Assembly: GCA_965644495.1 (NCBI GenBank)
Contig: CBFFSA010000004.1
Location: 558,001 to 622,000 of the forward strand
Reading direction: 5' to 3'
DNA length: 64,000 nucleotides
DNA from: Perkinsela sp. CCAP 1560/9
Lineage: Eukaryota > Protista > Euglenozoa: Kinetoplastea
The notes beneath the pieces are model-generated. The model had not been told where the DNA came from and made no database searches. It worked only from the letters and a program-made list of their open reading frames with translations. Position 1 is the first letter of the stretch. The number at the start of each line of letters is the position of its first letter. A program made the translations under genes and the position numbers. Below are positions 19,160-28,478 of this stretch, piece after piece.

Positions 19160-22100
19160 TCCTTTCAGCTCCCGCCGCTCGTTTAGGCGTAGTGCAGAGC
19201 CAACCTCAACTCAGCCAGCACGCCCCTACGGAGGAAGAAGAAGTCACCGAGGAACTCTACCACAACGACATACGGGACAAATTAATGACAGACAAAACGC
19301 AAGCCCACATAATACGAGCAGCTAGCTCCAAAGGTAACTATTCATGGCTCACCTCAAATTCTAGACTTGTACCTACGCGACTTTTCAAGTTAGCAGTTAT
19401 GCCACGCATTGGGATTGCACATCCGAGCCTCCCCTCCAATTTACAGTGTCCAGGGTGCCATGCATTACTTACCCCCCGTACAGCGCTCACGCACGTGTCC
19501 GGGTGCGTCAAATGTTCAGGCAATAACGCAACGGCAAAGCACAACAGGATGGTTCGGAATATTTATGAATTATGCATAAAATCAGGTCTGCCCTGTGAGC
19601 TGGAACCCAGACAGTTCTCCACCTATACTTGCGCAAAATGTGGAGCAAGCGTGGATGGCGACGGCAAATCCCATCACCTAAGAACCTGCGGATCCGGATC
19701 TTTTTATCATTCGGGCCCAGATATCGTGATTCATTGGGCAAGCGGAGATGTATACTACGATTTCACCATCGTCCACGAGCTATCGCAATCAAATGTTGGA
19801 CGTAGCACCGCTCAGCTTTTCCGTGATGCCATAAAACGCAAAGTCTCCAAATACGTGGCGTCTAAGCTTATTCCTAATGAGCAATTCCAATGTGTACCAA
19901 TGCTCTCCGGCGGTGCAATGCACAGCAACACCAAAGCTCTTATCACAACCCTGGCTGATGCATGTGGACTCGAACGGGACTTCGTAGTACAGGATTTCAC
20001 CCTTCGACTACAGGAACTTAACGGTTCAGTGGTGATGTCCCAACTCCGCAAATACATAGCCACAACTCAAGTGGACAATACGGCTTTTTAGGCACGTGCG
20101 AGTTTTTCGGTAGGCGTTGACTATTGATATAAGAGTTGAAGTTTAGACGACTGAAAGTCTATAAAAAAAAATTGATTTTATTTTGAATTGTAACATTCAA
20201 GGTCATAATATTCAGATCCCTGTTCCTAACAACGTTCCATCCCGTGACGAAATAGCAAAAGCAGTCTTTGGTTTCGCCACAATGAAGCCCTTTCAAAGAG
20301 TGTTTGCGGCGCAATAGTTGTTCATTTATTCATATATGTTATCAGTGTATATGTTTCCAGGGAGCCCCTCGGCGTGGATTTCTAATAGTTCACGTTTTGA
20401 AATTTAGCCGAGGGGCGGCTATATATTTGCCTGCTGGCCCTTCGGGGCACATAATTTTCTCAAATTATGATGTAGTATTCTCTAATTGCATGGAGGGGGG
20501 TGTTTACTCGTTTGTTATATTCTTGTTAGGTTGTTATTTTGTTACGTTTAAAGTTTTGTGCCCACCCACCGAGCCCCCAGCCATTTGGCCGAGGGTTCCG
20601 GTGGGGGGGAACCCCGTTAACAGAGTGACATTGATTGTGTTGTTTTATGCAGGCTTGTTTCTTTTCCATCTTTGTGCGTGTGAAATGAATGAATGATATG
20701 TTGTGTCATTTTGAATTACGATTGAGCTATTCATAGTTGTTCATTTATTCATATATGTTATCAGTGTATATGTTTCCAGGGAGCCCCTCGGCGTGGATTT
20801 CGAGATAGTAATTGGCGCATTTACAATCAATAACCTTACGCGACAATTCGACTCCAGGGTATCAGATACGCTACAGACGTGGTTTGGAGAACTCACAGCA
20901 GAACAACTTTCTTGGGCACGCCTTCCCCTCAAAAAAGGCGGGCTTGGACTTACTCCCTCAGAACCTCTTCGAGAGGCAGCCTACACTCGTTCGAAACTTG
21001 CAGCAACGGAGCGACCATCTCGCCTTTCAGCTCCCGCCGCTCGTTTAGGCGTAGTGCAGAGCCAACCTCAACTCAGCCAGCACGCCCCTACGGAGGAAGA
21101 AGAAGTCACCGAGGAACTCTACCACAACGACATACGGGACAAATTAATGACAGACAAAACGCAAGCCCACATAATACGAGCAGCTAGCTCCAAAGGTAAC
21201 TATTCATGGCTCACCTCAAATTCTAGACTTGTACCTACGCGACTTTTCAAGTTAGCAGTTATGCCACGCATTGGGATTGCACATCCGAGCCTCCCCTCCA
21301 ATTTACAGTGTCCAGGGTGCCATGCTTTACTTACCCCCCGTACAGCGCTCACGCACGTGTCCGGGTGCGTCAAATGTTCAGGCAATAACGCAACGGCAAA
21401 GCACAACAGGATGGTTCGGAATATTTATGAATTATGCATAAAATCAGGTCTGCCCTGTGAGCTGGAACCCAGACAGTTCTCCACCTATACCTGCGCAAAA
21501 TGTGGAGCAAGCGTGGATGGCGACGGCAAATCCCATCACCTAAGAACCTGCGGATCCGGATCTTTTTATCATTCGGGCCCAGATATCGTGATTCATTGGG
21601 CAAGCGGAGATGTATACTACGATTTCACCATCGTCCACGAGCTATCGCAATCAAATGTTGGACGTAGCACCGCTCAGCTTTTCCGTGATGCCATAAAACG
21701 CAAAGTCTCCAAATACGTGGCGTCTAAGCTTATTCCTAATGAGCAATTCCAATGTGTACCAATGCTCTCCGGCGGTGCAATGCACAGCAACACCAAAGCG
21801 CTTATCACAACCCTGGCTGATGCATGTGGACTCGAACGGGACTTCGTAGTACAGGATTTCACCCTTCGACTACAGGAACTTAACGGTTCAGTGGTGATGT
21901 CCCAACTCCGCAAATACATAGCCACAACTCAAGTGGACAATACGGCTTTTTAGGCACGTGCGAGTTTTTCGGTAGGCGTTGACTATTGATATAAGAGTTG
22001 AAGTTTAGACGACTGAAAGTCTATGAAAAGAAACTGAGATGAATGTTCACAGACAGTGACACTAAACAAAATTTTATAAAGAACACACTTTTTATAAAGA

Positions 22101-22312
22101 ACACACTTTTTATAAAGGACCAGAACACGTCACATGTACGAAGTACACATGCAAAAAAAAAGATCTAAATCTTCTTCCGTGGAACACGGCGTAGATGAGT
22201 TGCTCGGATGCCGAAAACCTTGATTTTCGTCGACTGGGGAAGATAAAGATTCCCAGGGAGACGTAAACTTCATGCAATCAATAACCAAGCAGAACGGACA
22301 AAAAAAAAAAAA
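19160..22312 (+). mobile_element. Retroposed chimeric copy of the N1 3' region (RLE fragment x2 around YR B-A-B repeats) plus 3' extension and poly-A
   Basis: 19161-22063 matches 56578-59480. Poly-A at 22300-22312. TSD TTGCTC (19154-19159 / 22313-22318). Confidence 0.8.
20314..20801 (+). repeat. Orphan b-A-B repeats of YR family 1 (variant subfamily)
   Basis: Matches 57731-58218; contains the GGATTTCTAATAG junction. Confidence 0.88.
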
Positions 22313-22318
22313 TTGCTC

Positions 22319-23759
22319 AGAATCCTTCCCCTCCCGGTACTGCTCCACCTATTGCGTCGCCTCCTTCCCCTCCCGGTACTGCGCCATCTACGGCATTTTC
22401 TCCTCCCGCTGCCCTTACACCTGCGCAACCACAATCTACACCGCAGACTCCTCCACAGCAGTCTCCGGGGCGATCTTACGTCCACCTCCAAAACATCTCG
22501 TCTCCGCCGACTTCCCCGCCAGCCTCAAGACCCAGCATGCACACCTTCTCCCGAAAAGCGCGAGCACGAGCCCTCAGAATGACAGCCGAGCCGTCATCCC
22601 CCTACGCTCTTCGATTTCCCCCATTAGCGACATCACTCCCACCATCACACTTTTCGCCAATGAGATCGCATCCGTCGCCATCACCACTGCCACTGCCCCC
22701 CCCTCTCCCTGCCAATCCGAAACACCAGAGTACAATCGCCCGATCACAGATGAAGAAATATTGCGTCCTCTTAACCCCTCCGCTGTCATCGTGGATGAAA
22801 CTAACGGGCAACGACGCAGAAGACTGAAGGCAGAAGAAACGGCTCGCCGAAAGGCAGAAGAAACGAAGAAGGCAGAGGACTGCGCTACTAGACCGCACGA
22901 GCAATTACACCACACCGTTTGCACCACACAAATCAATGCACCAACGCCACTAGACGCACCCGAAGAATTTCTGAACGATGAACCTACTGCCCCAACGCCA
23001 GTGGACGTACCTCCTTCGGGAGCGCTTCTGTCACACGTTCCAGAATCCAGCCTCATCCGGATCAAAAAGAAGTGGAGCGACCTTATGAACATATGCAGCA
23101 AACGAATTCCATTGCAATCTGCAAGAAATCAGTCTGAGGAGTCAGCGATTCAAGTGTTTCAAGAATGCGAAACACCGCCACCATGCGATCGGAACGGACA
23201 CCACCACGAACACTCCACAGGTACGGGTGCTAGGGTCGACTACATGTTGCGTACTATCGATCCCAAAACGCAATTTCCAATCTCGTCGGAGGAATTACAA
23301 AAGATGGCACGTACGGCACGAGTTGGGGATGAATGCTTAGTGGCCTGGAACTTCGATTGTTCGTCGTCAGTAAACATATCCCGCGGAACCGTCAAAGAAC
23401 GTCGCAAGCAGAAAAATACATGCAAGTTAACCATGGAGTACCGCGGAATACACGGCTATAAGCCAGGTGAAAAGTTCGAAGGACACATTCCGCCGCACTC
23501 GAGCGTACGCGTATACAAGGTACACTGGGACAAAGAACCCGTGATTCCGAAGGATGCGACTACGGAATCTGCTCAAGAAAACTGTCGCCCGACTTTCCAA
23601 CACACTGAGGATGACCTAGATCTGGAACCTATGCCCACACTCCGAACGGTATCACCTGAATTCATACCGAGTGTGATTGCCATCTATCGTGATATTGTAC
23701 GTGACTACGCGGAATGTCAATACCCCCAGCGCAATCGCATATGGCACCGGACCTTGTCT
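22319..23759 (+). pseudogene. N1 ORF segment (Pro-rich region and pre-RT domain), with a frameshift near the C-run at ~22700
   Basis: MHTFSRKARARAL (cf. MHAFSRKARTRAL at 10679) is in a different frame from the downstream LRPLNP...WNFDC...IYRDI. Confidence 0.8.
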
Positions 23760-24007
23760 AATAGTCCACGTTTTGAAATTTAGCCGAGGGGCTGTTATGT
23801 ATTTGCCTGCTGGCCCTTCGGGGCACATAGTTTCTTCGAATTATGATTTGTATTCAGAATTTTACATGGGATGGGTATTTACTATTATCTTATATATCCT
23901 TGTTAGGTTGTTATTTTACTTTGCTTTAAGTTTTTGTGCCCACCCACCAAGCCCCCAGCCATTTGGCCGAGGGTTCCGGTGGGGGGGCTTTAAGTTTTTG
24001 TTTAAGA

Positions 24008-25408
24008 ATGAGATCCCAACGTTTGCGGGATCCTCAGGAGCCGAGCCAGGACCGTGATCGCTCTCCAAAGCGTGACCGGGCGCCAACACCGGTTGAAACC
24101 TCCTCTTTTGCCCGTTCGAAACGCCAGTCTCTTTCATGTCCTCCCGTGCGCCCCCCTCTCCCTCCTCTTCCCACGCAGCCGGCTCCGCAGGTATCCGCGC
24201 GACCTCCTCCTGTTCCCCCTACCCCTGGACCGGCGCGTCGCAAGGTACGCCCTTCAGGAAGAGCACTCAGCCCCGCCCGCGAACCGCCTAGCCCTCTCCC
24301 TTCCAACCTCCCCAGTTTGCCGGCGAGCTCCCTCCCTAGCCCGTATCCATTTCCGCTGGAGGCTCCGGAGCCCCATGTTCGACGTAGAGGAACCCTCAAC
24401 CCTGACCAGGTTGAGGCTTCTCGCTCGCCGCGCCGTTACGAGGCCCTCGACCTTGACCACGTCGGGATGCCTCAGCGTTCACGCTGTGATGCGCGTGGGA
24501 TAATGACACAATCTAGCAAAGAAGAATTCATCACGAAAGTGATTGAGCTTCTGCGCAAAGACTATGAGGTCACCGTTGAAGCTGTATGGTCTCTTCCCCG
24601 GGATGGCCTACGGCAGACGGTTATAGGGTTGGTGCATATGACGCACCCAAAGGACCCTAACTCAACTGAGTTGTTCGCCGAGTGGGATGGGGACAAGAAC
24701 ACTGCCTACCGTTTTCCCCATCCCGAGATCAACTACCACTCTTTGGAACTGGCCCATGTTCGGGCGCAGATGCCGGGTGGGAAACCAGTTGAAGATCTGA
24801 TCCCCACGTTTGAACGCGTCCGTATTACGGACCCGAAAGGCTTCTCCCCCTACGATCCGGTTACTTGGCAACCGTGGATCGACACGGATGATTTGTTCAA
24901 GCCACGTGAACTCATCCGTGAGCTGCGCGAAGCTCCGCAGCTTGGGGTACGCTTCAACCCGCCGCCGCAGCGTGAGCGCCTGTTCAAAATGTTAACTGAA
25001 TGGGTGTACGCTGCGTGTAATACGGAGGGATGGCTAGAGAAGCACAACCTCGCCGTAGCCCTTCTCATCATCGAAGAGCTTCGCAACCATTATTGGGCTG
25101 CGGCGGGCGTTGCTGTCGAGCGTGTGCAACAGCGTTTGCACCGTGACGACGATCCTCAGGACCGTTACGGTCAGCTCGTTGTGGATGAGCAACTGAGGGG
25201 CCGAACCGCTACGCGTGCTCCCCGACGACGCAGCCAAGGACCTTTCTGTTTTGGCTGCCATCAGCCAGGCCACCTACGATCGAACTGCCTCCAATCGTCC
25301 CAACAGCAGGGGGGGCAGTTCCGTACCCAGTGCACCCCGCAACAGGATTTTCGCGGCGGGGTGGTGGGCGGCGCCAACCGTTACGGCGCAACACGGGCTT
25401 TCCACTAG
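24008..25408 (+). CDS. gag-like protein with C-terminal CCHC zinc knuckle
   Basis: First ATG at 24008; CFGCHQPGHLRSNC; homologous to 59964..61079. Confidence 0.88.
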   Translation: MRSQRLRDPQEPSQDRDRSPKRDRAPTPVETSSFARSKRQSLSCPPVRPPLPPLPTQPAPQVSARPPPVPPTPGPARRKVRPSGRALSPAREPPSPLPSNLPSLPASSLPSPYPFPLEAPEPHVRRRGTLNPDQVEASRSPRRYEALDLDHVGMPQRSRCDARGIMTQSSKEEFITKVIELLRKDYEVTVEAVWSLPRDGLRQTVIGLVHMTHPKDPNSTELFAEWDGDKNTAYRFPHPEINYHSLELAHVRAQMPGGKPVEDLIPTFERVRITDPKGFSPYDPVTWQPWIDTDDLFKPRELIRELREAPQLGVRFNPPPQRERLFKMLTEWVYAACNTEGWLEKHNLAVALLIIEELRNHYWAAAGVAVERVQQRLHRDDDPQDRYGQLVVDEQLRGRTATRAPRRRSQGPFCFGCHQPGHLRSNCLQSSQQQGGQFRTQCTPQQDFRGGVVGGANRYGATRAFH

Positions 25409-28270
25409 GAAATGCCCCCCACCCCAATCACTGCTCGTGCCCGTCGTCCCAGGCGACGACGGGTGGATTTTCATACACCTGTTCCCTCTCCGTCCCTCCG
25501 CCAGCGCGAAAGACGGCCACGCGTGCGTGGCAATACTCCTCCTCCACGCCCTCTCTCCCCGTTACGGCTACGACGTCGCAGCGTCTCTCTTCCGGCACTT
25601 CCTCTCCCCCGGCTCACCGTTCCTCCCAAACCCGCCGCCGCCAAACCCGCCGCCGTCGTAACCGCCGACGCCGCACAGCCGCCAGGAAAACACCGCAAGC
25701 AGCTGCTCGAGGCCATTCTGAGGATGCCCGCCGACGATCCTCGCGCCACCCAGTTGGGCGAGGCGCTCCAACCCATGTGGTCAACGGCCGCGTGGGCCAC
25801 AAGGGAGCGACTGTGGTTCCGCCTGCGCGAGTATTGCCAGGCGAAGGGAATCACCGCGAATCCTGCAAACGCGGTGCTCTTCCTGGAGACTCTGCCTCTC
25901 GCTACCTCGACGCGCATGGGGTACGCAGGGGCATTGAGGACTCTGTTCGAGCTCATGGGAATCGAAGGTACCCCATTGAGTCTCTACGTAAAGGCCCTGC
26001 AAGCGCAGGGGGGGCTAGAACCCACGCGGCAGATGCTACCAATCACGCCACTTCTTCTAAAGAAGCTGAGACGTCATCTCGACGTAAAGGAGAGCATGTG
26101 TTGCCTCCTGTGTTGGAAAGCCGCTGCGAGATGGACCGAGACCGCCGACCTGAGGCGGGAGCAGTTCGTGAGTGTGGCCAGTCACGAGGTAATCATTTAT
26201 TGGGGCAGGGGGACAAAGACAACCCGTCTGAATCCTTACTGGCCGTACCTCTACGCGATAGTGACTGGCCCGGGGACACCCGAACTGGCTCAGTTTGTGG
26301 GAAGTTTGAGACCAGGCCAGCGCCTGTGTTACACGACGGTCCGGGAGATGGACCACAGGATGAATCAACTTCTCGGTCCCGGGTATGGAACACATTCCAT
26401 AAAAAGAGGTGCAATTACTTACCTATTCCACGAGATCTCCCTCGGGAATCTCAGGATGGAGGACGTCCAGAACCTCACGAAACACCTCAACGTCGAATCA
26501 CTGTTGCGCTACAACGCAAGCAGTATTACAACGGCAAGGGCTCTCGGGACGCAGAGAGTCTCAGCACTTCTCCCAGTGCTGTAACCTCGGAGCACGTGGC
26601 AAAGTGCTTCGAGGAAGTGCCTTACCTTCGCAGGCACTCCGTTGTTTGTGCACGCCGCTCTTCACGGCTAGCCAAGGCACACGACGCTCACCTACCTTTG
26701 CACGTTAAGAAGTCGATACCTGTTATCCATTTGGATCAGGTTAAGGAGTTGATGAGTATGTCAGCTGCCACTCGTTTTCGCAAGGTAGTGGATGAATTAT
26801 TATGGGTACCTAAAGCCCCGTACCCCGAACCTAGTGTGAAAGGTTCATTGCCTGAGGCGGACGTCCGATTGTTGGAGGACGCAGGCATAATCTCCAAGGT
26901 CCCGGCGCAGGAGTTGAGAAAGCGCCCATCGATGCAGTTCATGATTCCCTTCACGGTTGTGGAGACCGATGATGAGGGCAATCAGCGCAGAAGATTTATT
27001 TCATGGACAAGGGACGATAACGATAGATTAAAATCATATGAACCACAGGTCCCATTATATCATCCCTCCAAGTATCTTCATAAGGCGCACGAGCCGATGG
27101 CTGTGAAGCGGGACTTCACATGCGGGTTTTACCAGATTGGTATCCCGAAGAGGGCGCGGCCCAAATTCCGCCTTAGAACGAACAGTGGAGACGTGTATGA
27201 GATGAAACGTCCTTCCGATGGGCCATAGGTGTGCACCGGAGGTTATGCACACGGTTACCGCCGCGATTGCTGGCGAGGCGTCGATTTGTTCTCAGCGCTA
27301 CTCGTTTCACCGAGGCGCTATCGACGTTTATGTTGACGGAGTTCGGTTTGCAGGAACCGACTCCGAGGCCACCACGTACGCTCAATTCATTGACGAGCGT
27401 TGCGACAAAGCGAACGGTCTTTTCAAAGATCGGGGTCAGCCCCCTGTAGCACAGTACGTGTTCAATGGGGTGGCGTTCGACCATAACGCGCATACGGTCT
27501 GCCTGGGGCCGCGAGTGATCAGGAAACTGCGAGCCGACTCTTTCTTCAACATTTCCTTTGTTGACCTAGAGGCGGTGGTGGGGCGCCTCATTTATGGCTC
27601 CGCAGTTCTCCGACTCAATATGCCGCGATTTTATTTCGCTTTGAAGGTGGCGCAACGGCGTATCAACGTGTTGAACCGTTGCCCGAAGTTATGTGACCGT
27701 CCGGTCGCACTCCCTGTCGTCACTCGCTCCATGCTAGCAGAGTGGAGAAACGAGTTGTTGGAGAATGTTCCACGGTCTCCACCTCCCCATCCCGATGTTG
27801 TTCCACACAAGCATCGTCTCTACACCGATGCCTCGGTGAAAGGGTGGGGAGCGATTATGTATTTAGACAGCGGAGAGGTTTTGATTACGGGAGAGGCGTG
27901 GCCTGAGTCATCCTCGTATGAGGTGAATCGTGCGGAAGCTGCAGCAGTCCGCTTAGCCCTCGAGAAGTTTTCCGCGCATTGCCCCCGTGGAACCTGCTTG
28001 GATATTTTTGTTGACAACACCTCCTGTCAGGCTGCACTGAACAGGAGGATCTCCAAGTCAAAGGGGGTTTCAATGGAATTGCGCGAAGTCCTGCGACTGA
28101 CAGAGGAGAAAGGTATTTGTGTCAAGGCAGCGTATATATCCACGGATGAGAACCCGGCGGATGCTGTCAGTCGCGGGAAGGAGATTGAGATGGAGAAGGT
28201 CGAGAGATACGAAGGTAAGATCGAGAGAGACATTAGTAAGGTAGGCAGTCATATTCAGAGAAAGCCCTAA
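25330..28270 (+). pseudogene. pol (RT/RNase H) of YR copy 1, frameshifted by one extra A at ~27206
   Basis: GATGAAACGT here versus GATGAACGT in copies 2 and 3. This may be a mutation or a sequencing error. Confidence 0.85.
25412..26584 (+). CDS. Tyrosine recombinase
   Basis: Motifs WKAAARWTE, GTKT, HSIKRGA and TKH...LLRY. Confidence 0.92.
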   Translation: MPPTPITARARRPRRRRVDFHTPVPSPSLRQRERRPRVRGNTPPPRPLSPLRLRRRSVSLPALPLPRLTVPPKPAAAKPAAVVTADAAQPPGKHRKQLLEAILRMPADDPRATQLGEALQPMWSTAAWATRERLWFRLREYCQAKGITANPANAVLFLETLPLATSTRMGYAGALRTLFELMGIEGTPLSLYVKALQAQGGLEPTRQMLPITPLLLKKLRRHLDVKESMCCLLCWKAAARWTETADLRREQFVSVASHEVIIYWGRGTKTTRLNPYWPYLYAIVTGPGTPELAQFVGSLRPGQRLCYTTVREMDHRMNQLLGPGYGTHSIKRGAITYLFHEISLGNLRMEDVQNLTKHLNVESLLRYNASSITTARALGTQRVSALLPVL

Positions 28271-28478
28271 GGGACAGGATCACCAAATACAAAAAAAAAA
28301 AACAAAGACAAAAAAAAAAAAAAAAAAAAAGCGGACGGGGTCCTGGGGTTTGGAGGTTGTCCCTATAATTTTGGAAGGTTATGGATGTTAATCGGTTAAC
28401 AGCTCTTTATTCTCACGCCTTGTTTTTTCGGAAGCAGGGTTCGGAAGCAAAAGTCCGTGTCCGATTACCACGCCTTCT

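Noticed and set aside
20793-20840. N-termini of track ORFs 20793, 56348, 58210, 32256, 42657 and 52495
   Set aside because: They start in YR repeats or UTRs and are junction artefacts fused to interrupted element ORFs.
22190-22235. Hammerhead-like AGATGAG...CGAAA
   Set aside because: Lacks CUGA and a proper stem III/UH arrangement.
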